Both the position numbers and the translations under genes were made by a program. A stretch of DNA of 64,000 nt from Gemmatimonadota bacterium. Lineage in GTDB: Bacteria; Gemmatimonadota; Gemmatimonadetes; Gemmatimonadales; GWC2-71-9. Shown piece after piece: positions 7,899 to 18,174 of the stretch (position 1 is its first letter; the number at the start of each line of letters is the position of its first letter). A model generated the notes under the pieces. The model saw only the letters and a list, made by a program, of their open reading frames with translations, did no database searches and was not told where the DNA came from. Location of the stretch: the NCBI GenBank assembly GCA_003220935.1, contig QHTT01000066.1:90990-154989 (forward strand), in the 5' to 3' direction.

Positions 7899-10493
7899 TC
7901 ACCAATTCAGCCAGTACGATGCCTTCACGAGGAAGGTGTTTTCGGGGTGAAGGCCAAACAGGTCGCGGAAGTCACCGGCTAGCGAGCGCGTCCCCGTCCC
8001 GCCAAGGAAGTCGCCTCGCCCTTGTGTCCAGACGACGAACAGCGTCGAGCCAGGCCGATACTCCCACCGCAGCACGACGTTGGAATTGAACTGCTTGAAG
8101 TTGAACCCACTGGCGACGGTGCCGAGGTACGGCTTGAACCGGTCGTCGTACGCCGCAGCGCGCGGCTGGGCGAGCTCGCGCGGGTTCGTGTATGTCCCCT
8201 TGCTCACGAAGGGTTGTGCGTAGACCTGGAGCGTGAGGTCGGGCGTTATCGTGTAGTCCACCCGCCCCGTCAGCGACAGGGTCTTCTGGTTCAGGTGGGC
8301 CACGGGGTAGTGTGTGGCGCCGGTGGAGTCCGTGATGGCGTCGAAGGGCTGGGTGTTGTCGATATTGTGCGTGACGCTGATGCCGATCGTGGTGTTGAAC
8401 TGCGACGCGATACGCACCGATACCTGCGAGCCTACGTTGACCGACTCGGACCGGCCGCCGTCCCCACGCCAATAGTTCGTCCACAGAGCGGGCACCACCA
8501 CCGGCCGGCTGTCTCCGTCCCACTCCGCCCAAGAGGAGACAACCGGATCCACCCGCACGGCCGGGCCCCCGCGAGCACGGCGGTCGTCGAAGGTCGGGCC
8601 GAGGTGGCCTAGTGTCGTGCCGGCGTGCAGCCACCAGCGGTTGTTGAGCTGTACGTGAACGTTGGTGTTGGCGGCGCGCTCGAGTGGCAGCCCGGCTCCG
8701 CTCCAAAATTGCCACCAGTTGAAGTTCCAAAACGCCGTCTGATACAGCGAGCTCGGATGCAGCGACTGCACCCCGAACCAGTTGTTCCAGCTCTGCTGGT
8801 CGGCGCGCAGCAGGAAGCCGAGGTCGTTCACCTCGAACCCCGGGGACCGCCGCTGATAACTCGTCTCGAACCTGGTGATCCCCCCACCCACCTTACCGAA
8901 GAGCAGCTCCTCCGCGTCGCCCGCGAGCGACGTCCGGGTCGAGTCGAATGGGAGGCCGGCGTCGGGGCGCTGGTAGTAGTGCACCGGGTCCCGCTGGGTC
9001 GCCGCGATCGCCGACGGCGTTCCCCTCACGCGACTCACGTCCACGGAACCGGAGAGCTGATAGCGGCTCCCCAAGAAGCGGTGCCGAAAGTCGAGCGCAC
9101 CCACGTACGCGCTGCGGCGGAGCGAGGCGTCTGTCAACGGGTCGAGGCTGCGGTTCACCGCTGTGGCCATGACGCCGACGCCGCTCCCGCCGCTGCGGAA
9201 GTCCTGCTGCGCGCGGATCGCCGCGTAGTTGGTGGCAGGCTCGGTGGTGCGGTCCGCGTTGCCCGCGGCGCGCTGCGTAACGGCGTCGAGCACACCGACC
9301 GTCTGCCCCCCGGGCAACCGGCCGGTCAGCTTCGCCGCGCTGGAGATCGTGGTGGCGATAGGCGACTCGGGATCGCCGCGGCCGAGTTGCGGGGCCCGCC
9401 CGATGCGGCGCGAGTAGAACAGGCGCTCACCGTTGCAGTTCACCTGGCTGCAGTTCACATCGAAGCGGAAGATCCCTGTACCCGCGACGAAGAAGGGACG
9501 GCGCTCCTGGAAGAAGGTCTCGAAGGCCGTGAGGTTGAGAACGGCGGGATCCGCCTCCACTTGCCCGAAGTCGGGGTTCACGGTTGCGTCGAGCGTCAGG
9601 TTGGACGTGAGCCCGTACTTCAGATCCGCCCCTCCGGTGAGCCTCTGGGATCGATCGAAGCCATTACCGGCTGGGACCGACACGTTCTTCGTCACCGCGT
9701 ACGGAGCGACCTCCAGCCGGCGCGGTGCGGCGAGTCCCACCAAACCGGTGACGTCCCCGAGCTGGGAGGCGAAGCCCGCCTTCGACTGCCGGTACACCGG
9801 CCAGGCGACCCGCTCCGAATAGCGTTGGATGTCGCGCCACACGGCGAACCCAAACGTGTTCGTGTCCGCATGCGCGTAGCGGAGCTGCGATAACGGTATC
9901 CGGAACTCCGCCGTCCAGCCGAGCGAGTCTACGGTCGCTGCCACCTCCCACACCCCGTCCCAGGCATCGTCCTCGTGGTTGTCGTTGTAGATCGCGTAAT
10001 CGCGCTTCACCCCGGCCGGGTTTACAGCGAACTCGTACCCGGTGCGCCGGTCGTGGTAGGAGTCAATCACGATCTTGAGCTGATCGGTCGGCGCGCGCAC
10101 GTCGCGACGCGCCAGGATTCTCAGGATGCTGTCGGGATGGGGATCGAAGGCGCGGATGAAGGCGTAGAAGTTGCGATCGTCGTAGGCGACCTTGGCTTCC
10201 GTGGGGAAGCGTGGGTCGCCGTCCTCCCGCGGCGAGAACTCGCGGAACGCCGTGATGGCGGGAGCCTCGCGCCACACCTCATCGTCGTCCTTGCCATCGA
10301 TGACCACGCCGCGGAGGGCCCGCCGGGCGACGACCGTAGTGGCGCTGGGCTCCGCCGGCTTGCCGGTTGGGGCGGTGGGGCTGCCGTACGCTTGGACGAC
10401 GACCATGACCGCGAGCATGGGCACGGCGGCTGGCATACTGGACCTTTGGGGGTACCGGGCACTTAGACGCGTCGAGGGCGGAAAAGGTTGCAT
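7899..10493 (-). CDS. CBM9-like / DUF5916 domain envelope protein
   Basis: N-terminal GKDDDEVWREAP...YDDRNFYAFIRAFD (CBM9-like). Central FFQERRPFF...LFYSRRIGRAP (DUF5916-like), with a beta-rich C-terminus ending in W. Start placed at ATG 10493 because the ORF-track start 10637 runs into lon. ATG 10436 is an alternative. Confidence 0.75.
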   Translation of the reverse strand: MQPFPPSTRLSARYPQRSSMPAAVPMLAVMVVVQAYGSPTAPTGKPAEPSATTVVARRALRGVVIDGKDDDEVWREAPAITAFREFSPREDGDPRFPTEAKVAYDDRNFYAFIRAFDPHPDSILRILARRDVRAPTDQLKIVIDSYHDRRTGYEFAVNPAGVKRDYAIYNDNHEDDAWDGVWEVAATVDSLGWTAEFRIPLSQLRYAHADTNTFGFAVWRDIQRYSERVAWPVYRQSKAGFASQLGDVTGLVGLAAPRRLEVAPYAVTKNVSVPAGNGFDRSQRLTGGADLKYGLTSNLTLDATVNPDFGQVEADPAVLNLTAFETFFQERRPFFVAGTGIFRFDVNCSQVNCNGERLFYSRRIGRAPQLGRGDPESPIATTISSAAKLTGRLPGGQTVGVLDAVTQRAAGNADRTTEPATNYAAIRAQQDFRSGGSGVGVMATAVNRSLDPLTDASLRRSAYVGALDFRHRFLGSRYQLSGSVDVSRVRGTPSAIAATQRDPVHYYQRPDAGLPFDSTRTSLAGDAEELLFGKVGGGITRFETSYQRRSPGFEVNDLGFLLRADQQSWNNWFGVQSLHPSSLYQTAFWNFNWWQFWSGAGLPLERAANTNVHVQLNNRWWLHAGTTLGHLGPTFDDRRARGGPAVRVDPVVSSWAEWDGDSRPVVVPALWTNYWRGDGGRSESVNVGSQVSVRIASQFNTTIGISVTHNIDNTQPFDAITDSTGATHYPVAHLNQKTLSLTGRVDYTITPDLTLQVYAQPFVSKGTYTNPRELAQPRAAAYDDRFKPYLGTVASGFNFKQFNSNVVLRWEYRPGSTLFVVWTQGRGDFLGGTGTRSLAGDFRDLFGLHPENTFLVKASYWLNW

Positions 10494-10502
10494 AAACGCA
10501 CG

Positions 10503-10531
10503 GGCCCCCGGGGAGCAACCCGCTGGGGGCC
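10503..10531 (-). terminator. GC-rich hairpin downstream of lon
   Basis: GGCCCCC ... GGGGGCC stem (7 bp, about 15-nt loop), 24 nt after the lon stop. On the minus strand it is followed by CGTGCGTTT. Confidence 0.4.
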
Positions 10532-10554
10532 TGCTGCGCCCAAGTTGCGCCGGC

Positions 10555-12984
10555 TTAGTTCTGCTTCGCCACCAGGCTCGGCTCGTGCGGTACGTCGCCC
10601 TCGAACACGAGGTGGCCCGCCTCGAACCGGGCGCCACGCAGCGCCAGGCTCAGCAGCTCGCCCAGGTCCTCGACGAGGTGCACCTCGAGCGACGTCCGGA
10701 CCTCTTCGGGAAGGTCTTCCAAGTCCGGCGCGTTCTCCTTGGGAAGCACAATCGTGCGAATGCCGGCGCGGACGGCGCCGAGCACCTTCTCCTTGACGCC
10801 TCCAATCGGCAACACCCGGCCGCGCAGCGTGACTTCACCGGTCATCGCAAGGTCGTAGCGTGCGGGCCGCCGCGACAGCGCGGACACCAGCGCGGTCGCC
10901 ATCGTCACACCGGCGGACGGGCCATCCTTCGGGATGGCGCCGGCCGGCACGTGGATGTGCACGTCGCTTCCGGTGAGGGCTGCTTCCGGGATACCGAGCT
11001 GGTCGGCGTGGCTCTTGGCGTAAGTGAGCGCCGCGCGCGCCGATTCCTTCATCACGTCACCCAGCTGGCCGGTGAGCACCAGCTCACCCTTGCCGCGCAT
11101 CACGCTCGCCTCGACAAACATGATGTCGCCTCCGACCGGCGTGTAGTACATCCCGGTCGCGACCCCGATGTCGTCCTCCCGCGCCATGCGCTCGGGGTGC
11201 ACCTTGGGGCGTCCGATGAGGTCGTCGACATCCTTCGCCTCCACGGTGACGCGCTCGACCTCCCCCCCAGCGATCCTGCGCGCGATCTTGCGCCCGAGCT
11301 TGCCGATCTCGCGCTCCAGCTGGCGCACGCCCGCCTCGCGCGTGTAGCTGGTGATGATCTCGCTCAGGGCTTCGTCCGTGACCGTGAGCTGCCCCGGAGC
11401 CAGCCCGTTCTCGTGCAGCTGCCGCGGCAGGAGGTAGCGCTTCGCGATTTCGAGTTTTTCGCGCTCCGTATAGCCGGCGAAGTTCACCGTCTCGAGCCGG
11501 TCGAGCAGCGGTGCCGGGATGTACTGGAGGAAGTTCGCCGTCGCGATGAACAGCACCTCCGACAGGTCGAACGGCACACCGAGGTAGTGGTCGGTGAACG
11601 AGTCGTTCTGTGCCGGATCGAGCACCTCCAGCAGCGCGGCCGCGGGGTCGCCTTGGAACGAGACGCCCAGCTTGTCCACTTCGTCGAGCAGGAACACCGG
11701 GTTCTTGGCGCCGGCCTGCTTCATCCCCTGGATGATGCGCCCCGGCATGGCACCCACGTAGGTGCGGCGATGGCCGCGGATGTCGGCCTCGTCGCGAGCG
11801 CCCCCCAGCGAGATGCGCACGTACGGCCGGCCCATCGCCCGGGCGATCGACTTGGCGATCGACGTCTTGCCGACGCCCGGCGGCCCGACGAACAGCAAGA
11901 TCGAGCCCTTCGACTGCTTGTCGTCTTCGTTGCCGCGCGCGTCGCCTTCCGGCGTGCGCTGCCGCAGCTGGCGCACCGAGAGGAACTCGAGGACTTCGTC
12001 CTTGACATCCTGCAGGCCGTAGTGGTCCTCGTCGAGGATCGCACCCGCCCGCTTCAGGTCGAGTGACTCTTCGGCCCGCTTGTTCCATGGCAGTTCCGCC
12101 ATGGTCTCGAGATAGGTGCGGATCACCTGGGCTTCCATCGAGTCCCGGGAGGCCCGCTCGAGCCGCGCCAGCTCGCGATCCACTTCCTTGCGCGCGGCTT
12201 CGGGGAGCTCCAGCGCCGCGAAGCGCTTCCGCAGCTCCTCGACTTCCGTCGCTTCGTCTTCCTCGCCCAGCTCCTTGCGAATCGCCTTCATCTGCTCGCG
12301 CAGGAACAGCTCCCGCTGCCGCTCACCCAGCTCCTCCTGCACCTGCGACTTGATCTGCTCCTGGGCGTCGAGCACGCCGATCTGACGCTGGACGTGCACC
12401 AGCACGCGGCGTAACCGCTCCTCGACCGAGAGGGTCTCGAGCAGCGCCTGGCGCTCCGCGGCGTCGATCTCGAGGTAACCCGCGACGAGGTCGGCGAGCT
12501 TTCCCGGATCGGTCACGCCCTCGAGCACCTGCCGTACGACCTCCTCCGGCAGCCCGGACTTCTGTCCCAGCTCCCCAGCCCGCTCGCGTGCCTCGCGGTG
12601 CAGCGCAACGAAGGCGGGGTCGTCGGGACGCAGCGGCGGCAAGTCCTCTACCTCCCGTACGACGGCTTCGAGATGCCCCTGCGTGTCGAGATAGTGGAGC
12701 GCGGCGCCACGCTTCTCCCCGTGCAGCAGCAGCTGCACGCCGCCCAGGCCACGCTGGATCTGGCTGATCTTGGCGATCGTCCCCGTCGTGTACAGCACGC
12801 TCGGGGTCACGCGATCGACGTTCTCGCGCTGCGAGACGGCGAAGATCACGCGGGACTCCCCCTTCAGCGCCGCTTCAATGGCCCGCAAAGTGGTCGGGCG
12901 GCCCGCGCCGATCGGCGTGGAGACGCCCGGAAACAACACGATGTCCCGGAGCGGTAGCACCGGGAGCGTCAAGCGCTCAGACAT
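10555..12984 (-). CDS. lon: ATP-dependent Lon protease (endopeptidase La)
   Basis: 809 aa. LON N-domain (LPVLPLRDIVLFPG), Walker A GPPGVGKTS and protease Ser motif PKDGPSAGVTM. Confidence 0.97.
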   Translation of the reverse strand: MSERLTLPVLPLRDIVLFPGVSTPIGAGRPTTLRAIEAALKGESRVIFAVSQRENVDRVTPSVLYTTGTIAKISQIQRGLGGVQLLLHGEKRGAALHYLDTQGHLEAVVREVEDLPPLRPDDPAFVALHREARERAGELGQKSGLPEEVVRQVLEGVTDPGKLADLVAGYLEIDAAERQALLETLSVEERLRRVLVHVQRQIGVLDAQEQIKSQVQEELGERQRELFLREQMKAIRKELGEEDEATEVEELRKRFAALELPEAARKEVDRELARLERASRDSMEAQVIRTYLETMAELPWNKRAEESLDLKRAGAILDEDHYGLQDVKDEVLEFLSVRQLRQRTPEGDARGNEDDKQSKGSILLFVGPPGVGKTSIAKSIARAMGRPYVRISLGGARDEADIRGHRRTYVGAMPGRIIQGMKQAGAKNPVFLLDEVDKLGVSFQGDPAAALLEVLDPAQNDSFTDHYLGVPFDLSEVLFIATANFLQYIPAPLLDRLETVNFAGYTEREKLEIAKRYLLPRQLHENGLAPGQLTVTDEALSEIITSYTREAGVRQLEREIGKLGRKIARRIAGGEVERVTVEAKDVDDLIGRPKVHPERMAREDDIGVATGMYYTPVGGDIMFVEASVMRGKGELVLTGQLGDVMKESARAALTYAKSHADQLGIPEAALTGSDVHIHVPAGAIPKDGPSAGVTMATALVSALSRRPARYDLAMTGEVTLRGRVLPIGGVKEKVLGAVRAGIRTIVLPKENAPDLEDLPEEVRTSLEVHLVEDLGELLSLALRGARFEAGHLVFEGDVPHEPSLVAKQN

Positions 12985-13034
12985 AGATTCGTCCAGTTGA
13001 GAGATAACAACGCCCTCATGCCCCCCAGCGTGTT

Positions 13035-13050
13035 AGCATCGTCCGTGCCA
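13035..13050 (-). promoter_or_regulatory. Sigma-54-type (-24/-12) promoter candidate for lon: TGGCACGGACGATGCT
   Basis: The minus strand reads TGGCAC-N5-ATGC with canonical GG/GC spacing (consensus TGGCACG-N4-TTGCW). It lies 51-66 nt upstream of the lon ATG. Confidence 0.45.
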
Positions 13051-13053
13051 CAA

Positions 13054-13081
13054 GAAAAACGCGCCGCCCCGCACGCGCGTT
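13054..13081 (-). terminator. Orphan terminator-like hairpin plus U-run, with no upstream CDS on this strand
   Basis: The minus strand reads AACGCGC-GTGCGGGGCG-GCGCGTT-TTTC. It sits immediately 5' of the sigma-54-like promoter. Confidence 0.4.
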
Positions 13082-13184
13082 CCGAGCGCGAGCGGTCAAT
13101 ACGGCAGAAACTGCCGTTTAGCCACCGGTGATCAGGACATCCGCCGTCAGCTTGGCGCCACCTCACCGACAGCGCCGACCGTAA

Positions 13185-13209
13185 GTGCAAACCGTTTGGA
13201 TGGTTGCAC
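13185..13209. promoter_or_regulatory. Imperfect dyad GTGCAAACC-N8-GGTTGCAC in the lon/kinase divergent region
   Basis: The arms are complementary except for one extra A. It overlaps a possible -35 (TTGCAC 13204-13209) of a kinase promoter whose -10 would be TAAATC 13227-13232. Confidence 0.35.
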
Positions 13210-13258
13210 GGTCGGGCCGACACGGCTAAATCTATGCGGCCACACCGCTCGGACGCCG

Positions 13259-15088
13259 ATGACGGACGCAGACAAGTCGCTCGCCGCGCGCCTGATCCAG
13301 GCGTTGGGAAGCTCCTACACCGTCGAGGGGGAGCTCGGTCGCGGCGGGATGGGCGTCGTGTACAAAGCCCGTGACGAGCGCTTGAAGCGCCAGGTGGCAA
13401 TCAAGGTGTTACCTCCCGAGCTCGCCTTTCGGGAGGAGATCAGGATCCGTTTCTTGCGCGAAGCAGAGACGGCGGCGCGGTTGTCACACCCGCACATCGT
13501 CCCGATCCACTCGGTCGGCGAAGGTCCGGACGGCCTCGTGTACTTCGTGATGGCGTACGTGGACGGCGAGTCAGTCGCGGCGAAGCTGAAGCGGCGCGGC
13601 CAACTGCCCTCGGAGGAAGCGCGCCGCATCATGCTGGAGACGGCGGACGCGCTCGGAGCGGCGCACGCGCTCGGCATCATCCACCGGGACGTGAAGCCGG
13701 ACAACATCCTCCTCGAAGGAAGCCGCGGTCGCGTGGTCGTGACGGACTTTGGGATTGCGAAAGCGCTCTCATCAACCACGGGCTCGGCGACGCTGACCGC
13801 CACGGGTGTGGCGATCGGGACGCCGCACTACATGAGCCCGGAGCAGGCCGCGGGAGACCGCGAGATCGACGGGCGCTCCGACATCTATAGCCTGGGCGTC
13901 GTGAGCTACCAGATGTTAACGGGGGAGCTGCCGTTCCACGCACCGACGGTGCCGGGCATCCTCATGAAGCACATCACCGAACGGGCACCGCTCGTCACAG
14001 ATAAGTGCCGCGATTGCCCGGAAGATCTGGCGGCCTGCGTGATGCGCTCCCTTGAGAAGGACCCAGATGACCGCTGGCCCACGGCGGACGCGCTACGGCG
14101 GGCGCTCGAGGCCCGCAGCGCGACCATGTCCCGGTCGCGGCGGCCCTCCGGGGGGCCGGCGCCGCGGGCACTGCGGTTCCCGCCCCCACCCGCCCTCCCC
14201 ATCCCCCGCAGCCCCGATGTGGGACGTCGCCCGATGCGCCACCGCGAGGCGGCTGCGCTGGCGCCTGCCGGCGAAGCGGACATTGTCCGTAAGATGCGCT
14301 CGAGCTTTGTGTCCTGGGCCTCGGTCGCCGGCGGGTGCTTGTTGTTCGACGCGGCGACCGGGTGGCATGGGTGGTCCTTGTTCGTGGCTGTCCCATGGGG
14401 CGCGTTCGGCTTGCTGCCGCTCTACATGCGGCTCTGGAGTGCGGGCTACTCCTGGCGCGACGTGCTGCGCCGGCCGGCGGCGCCCGAGTCGGCGGAGGCG
14501 CAGCTCGCGGCGGCGGGGTCACGGCCGCTCGATCTCCCGGCCGCCACCGGGGACGAATTCGGGCGCCTGGCGACGGCGGTGCAGCAGGCGCGGAACGACC
14601 GCAAGGCCATTCTCAAGATCATGGAGCGGGTGCCCAAGTCCGAAAAGAAGCTGCTCCCGGACGTTATCGTCACAGTGGACGGATTGCTCAAGCGGGCCGA
14701 AGACCTGGCGCGGACGGCGCACGCGATGAGCGGCGACGTCGATCGCGCAGCGCTCTCCCGACTCGAGGACAAGATCGAGGTGACGAAGCGGGAGCCCGAC
14801 AGCCCGGAGCGCGAGCGCCAGCTCAACCTGCTGCAGCGGCAGCGACAGACGCTCACAGACCTGCTGACGCGCCGCCAACTGGTCGAAGACCAGATCGAGT
14901 CGTGCGTGCTCGCGATGCAGAACGTGCGGTTCGATCTGCTGCGACTCAGATCGGCGGGCGTGGCCGCCGTGCTCGACGATCTCACCCACGCCACGCAGCA
15001 GGCGCGCGCCCTGTCGCGCGACGTCGACCACGCCATCGCTGCGGCCGGCGAGATCCGGGCAGCGCTGGGAGAGCAGCCCGGGGCTTAG
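13259..15088 (+). CDS. Ser/Thr protein kinase with a C-terminal two-TM segment and long coiled-coil domain
   Basis: Hanks kinase motifs GRGGMGVVYKA, VAIK, HRDVKPDNIL, DFGIA and GTPHYMSPEQ. Two hydrophobic helices lie around residues 365-405, followed by about 200 aa of helical E/R/L/Q-rich sequence. ATG 13259 preferred over ORF-track start 13196. Confidence 0.9.
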   Translation: MTDADKSLAARLIQALGSSYTVEGELGRGGMGVVYKARDERLKRQVAIKVLPPELAFREEIRIRFLREAETAARLSHPHIVPIHSVGEGPDGLVYFVMAYVDGESVAAKLKRRGQLPSEEARRIMLETADALGAAHALGIIHRDVKPDNILLEGSRGRVVVTDFGIAKALSSTTGSATLTATGVAIGTPHYMSPEQAAGDREIDGRSDIYSLGVVSYQMLTGELPFHAPTVPGILMKHITERAPLVTDKCRDCPEDLAACVMRSLEKDPDDRWPTADALRRALEARSATMSRSRRPSGGPAPRALRFPPPPALPIPRSPDVGRRPMRHREAAALAPAGEADIVRKMRSSFVSWASVAGGCLLFDAATGWHGWSLFVAVPWGAFGLLPLYMRLWSAGYSWRDVLRRPAAPESAEAQLAAAGSRPLDLPAATGDEFGRLATAVQQARNDRKAILKIMERVPKSEKKLLPDVIVTVDGLLKRAEDLARTAHAMSGDVDRAALSRLEDKIEVTKREPDSPERERQLNLLQRQRQTLTDLLTRRQLVEDQIESCVLAMQNVRFDLLRLRSAGVAAVLDDLTHATQQARALSRDVDHAIAAAGEIRAALGEQPGA

Positions 15089-18000
15089 AGCGCCTCGCCG
15101 CGCCGGCACCGCGCCACGAGCGGGGGGCCGTCGTCACGCTCGATCCCGAACTCGAGCAGCAGGATGAACTGTTGCGCGGCCTCCTCGCAGCGGCCCGCTC
15201 GCAGCGCCGCGACCGCGAGAAACTCGTGGAGCTTCGACCAGCCGTCGCGACCCGTCACGGCCGCCCGTATCAGGCTGTCGGCGATGCGTGGCGGTCCCTC
15301 CAGCGCGAAGCGCGTGAGCGCGTCCCCAAGCCATTCCCGGGGATAGGGGTGCCGCAACGTGCCGCGCGCAGCGACCAACGCCGCCCGCGCGTCGGCCGCG
15401 GCGCGGGCCCAGTCCTTGGCTCGTGCCGCCACCACCGCGAGGCCGGCGCGCGCTTCCGCGGTGTCCGCACCCGCTGCGAGCGCTCCAGTCAACAGGGCGA
15501 AAGCCCGGGCGCTCTGTCCGCGCCGCGTCGCGACGAGCCCGGAGAGCAGCCACGCGCCGGGGTCGCGCCCCGTCCTCACGAGTCGGCCCAGTGCCGTGTC
15601 GGCGAGCGTCGAGTCGCCGAGCCCCAGCAAGATCGCGGCGGCGTTGACGGTCCAGAGAGGTTGGTCAGGGCGCGCCCGGCGGGCGGCGTCGATGTAGCGC
15701 AGGGCAGCGGGATCACCACGCCGCACGGTGAGCGCTCTGGCGAACAGAAAGGGGGACGCGCCGTCCGCTTCCTGAGTCGCCGCGCGAATCGCGACCAGCG
15801 AATCGAACACCCCCTCGGTGCCCCGGCTGTCGAGGAAGCGACGCGCCGCGACGAACTCGAGCCGGGGCAGGTCGTCGCGATGTGCCACGCCGGGCCGCTT
15901 GAGCAGCTCGCCGACGCCCGCCGGCCCGAGGAGCAGGTGGCCGAAGTAGTCGGCGGGTTGGTCCACGCCGAGATACTCGCGGCCCAGCTCGCCGAGCGAG
16001 CCACGGGCGCCCACCAGCCGGCCGAGCCAAGCGCGGTCGTACGTGAGCGGCCGCGCCGAGCCGAGCACCATCACGTCGCCCGGCGAGCTGAACCAGATCT
16101 CCACGTGCGGGAACACGGCGGCGAGATTCCGCACGATGCCCGTCACGACGGCCGCCGGCAGCTGGTACAGCTGCACCCACTGGGAGAAGACGCCGCCCTC
16201 CGTGAGTCGCGCCCGCACGATCTGGAAGAACTCCGGCGTATAGAGGGTCGCGACGCCCGCGAGCCACGGGTTCGAGGGCTCGGAGACGATCACGTCGTAG
16301 CGCGCCCGGTCGATCTGGAGCGCGCTCCGCGCGTCGTCTACGACGACGGAGACGGTAGGCCGGGTGAGCACGGTGTCGTTCACGTGCAGGAAGAACCGGC
16401 TCATATCCAGCACGGCGGGCTCGATCTCCACTACGCGCACCCGCTCCATCCCGGGGACGGCGGCGAGCACGTGCGTGGTGACGCCGCTGCCATAGCCGAT
16501 CACCAGGGCCGCGGTGGCGCCGGGCCGCGCGGCCACAGGAGCGAGGCCGAGCAGGATTTCCGTGTCCATGTCGCCGTGGTCCGAGGCGTCGGCCTTGCCG
16601 TTGACCTTGAGCGTGCGGCCGGTTCCGCTCTCCCACACCGACACGGTGGCGTTCCAGCCCTCCCGGTACGCCAGCTGCCGCACGCCGCGGTGCTCGAGGA
16701 AGTCCTGGCGCGCCCCGGCAGTCATCGGCTGTCGGGCGTAGATGCTCGGGCCCAGATCGATGAGCCGCGTGCTCCAGCGCGGTGCGGCGAGGGCGACGGC
16801 GAGCCCCACGCTCGCGAGGCCGCCCGCGCCGATCACCCGCAGGCGGAGGCGGTGGCGCTGTTCGGAGCCCTCCGCGACGCGACGCGCCACCAGAACCGCG
16901 AGCGTCAGGGCCGCCCAGGCGTTGATCGCCACGCCGATGCGGAGCGTGCGATCGGTGCCGAGCGTCGCCACCAGCACGAATCCCGTGAGCACGGCTCCCG
17001 CGATGCTGCCCAGGGTGTTGAGCGCGTAGGCGCGCCCGACGTCGGACCCACGCGCCACATCGCGGAGGGCCACGAGATCCGTGAGGAGAGGAAACGTCAT
17101 ACCCATGCCGAGCGCCGGAATCAGCACTACCGCGCCGACACCGAATCCCATGGCGAGGAGCCGCTCCGTGGCCCCCAGCGACTGGGCCTGGAACACCGCG
17201 ATGATGTAGCGCGGCAGCAGCCCGAACACGACGAACAGCGCCGCAGCCCCGGCGGCAGTCACCCCCTGCGCCAACGCGACATCGGCCGCGGCCTCGGGCG
17301 CCGGCGCACTGCGCCGCGCCACGACGGCGCTGCCGACGCCGATCCCGAGCAGAAAGACGAGCAGCACCAAGGTAAAGGCGTAGGTCGAGCCGCCGACGAT
17401 CATGACGAGCACCCGCGTCCAGGCGATCTCGTCGAGCAGCGAGGCGAATGCGGTAAGGGCGAGCAGCAGGAGCGCGACACGTTGCAGCGCGTGCGCCGGC
17501 GCCTCCCCGGGCTCTCGCCCGCGGTCAGCCGATTCACCCCGCGCCTCACCCCGGGGATCGGGAAGCCGGAGCGCCACGACCCCGATGCTCAGGTTTACCA
17601 GCGCTGTGCCCCAGAGGCTCGCTCGGATGCCGACGTACTCGATGAGGAAGAACCCGGCGAGCGCCGTGCCGAGGACAGCGCCGAGGGTATTGAGACCGTA
17701 CAGGCGGCCTAGCGATGGTTGCAACGCGGCGCGGTCCGCGCCCATGAACGCCCGCGTGAGCACCGGCAGTGTGCCGCCCATCAGGGTCGTGGGGACGAGC
17801 AGCACTAGCGCCGCGAGCCCGAAGCGCAGCGCGACGCTGGCGGCGCCGCTGAGCTGCCAGGCGCCCGCCGCGGCGACGTACACCCGGTGCGCGAGCGACA
17901 GGACGAGGGGCGAAACGAGGCCGAAGACCCCGATGGCGATCTCGAGTCCGCCGTACAGCGCTGCGGGGCGCGCGTGGCGGTCGGCCCAGCGGCCCAACAG

Positions 18001-18174
18001 CCACGCACCGAGGCCGAGCCCGCCCATGTAGGCGGCGACAACCGTCGTCACCGACTGCACCGTGGAGCCAAACGCCTGATATAGGAGGCGCACCCAGAGG
18101 AGCTCGTAGACGAGCCCGGTGGCGCCTGACAGCAGAAACAGGAGACTGTAAGCGCGCGCCGCGCTAGAACGCAT
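15085..18174 (-). CDS. Fused polytopic membrane / spermidine-synthase-like protein with C-terminal TPR-like repeats
   Basis: 1029 aa. The N-terminus [21 protein letters not shown] begins many TM helices. Central aminopropyltransferase-like motifs are [18 protein letters not shown] and [11 protein letters not shown]. The C-terminus is helical-repeat sequence. Confidence 0.85.
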   Translation of the reverse strand: MRSSAARAYSLLFLLSGATGLVYELLWVRLLYQAFGSTVQSVTTVVAAYMGGLGLGAWLLGRWADRHARPAALYGGLEIAIGVFGLVSPLVLSLAHRVYVAAAGAWQLSGAASVALRFGLAALVLLVPTTLMGGTLPVLTRAFMGADRAALQPSLGRLYGLNTLGAVLGTALAGFFLIEYVGIRASLWGTALVNLSIGVVALRLPDPRGEARGESADRGREPGEAPAHALQRVALLLLALTAFASLLDEIAWTRVLVMIVGGSTYAFTLVLLVFLLGIGVGSAVVARRSAPAPEAAADVALAQGVTAAGAAALFVVFGLLPRYIIAVFQAQSLGATERLLAMGFGVGAVVLIPALGMGMTFPLLTDLVALRDVARGSDVGRAYALNTLGSIAGAVLTGFVLVATLGTDRTLRIGVAINAWAALTLAVLVARRVAEGSEQRHRLRLRVIGAGGLASVGLAVALAAPRWSTRLIDLGPSIYARQPMTAGARQDFLEHRGVRQLAYREGWNATVSVWESGTGRTLKVNGKADASDHGDMDTEILLGLAPVAARPGATAALVIGYGSGVTTHVLAAVPGMERVRVVEIEPAVLDMSRFFLHVNDTVLTRPTVSVVVDDARSALQIDRARYDVIVSEPSNPWLAGVATLYTPEFFQIVRARLTEGGVFSQWVQLYQLPAAVVTGIVRNLAAVFPHVEIWFSSPGDVMVLGSARPLTYDRAWLGRLVGARGSLGELGREYLGVDQPADYFGHLLLGPAGVGELLKRPGVAHRDDLPRLEFVAARRFLDSRGTEGVFDSLVAIRAATQEADGASPFLFARALTVRRGDPAALRYIDAARRARPDQPLWTVNAAAILLGLGDSTLADTALGRLVRTGRDPGAWLLSGLVATRRGQSARAFALLTGALAAGADTAEARAGLAVVAARAKDWARAAADARAALVAARGTLRHPYPREWLGDALTRFALEGPPRIADSLIRAAVTGRDGWSKLHEFLAVAALRAGRCEEAAQQFILLLEFGIERDDGPPLVARCRRGEAL

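Noticed and set aside
14335-17712. A 1125-aa plus-strand ORF spanning the end of the kinase gene and most of the spermidine-synthase-like gene
   Set aside because: Its composition is extremely Arg/Gly/Ala/Pro-rich with no recognisable motif. It is antisense to a gene with clear membrane and aminopropyltransferase motifs. Long stop-free shadow frames are expected at this GC content.
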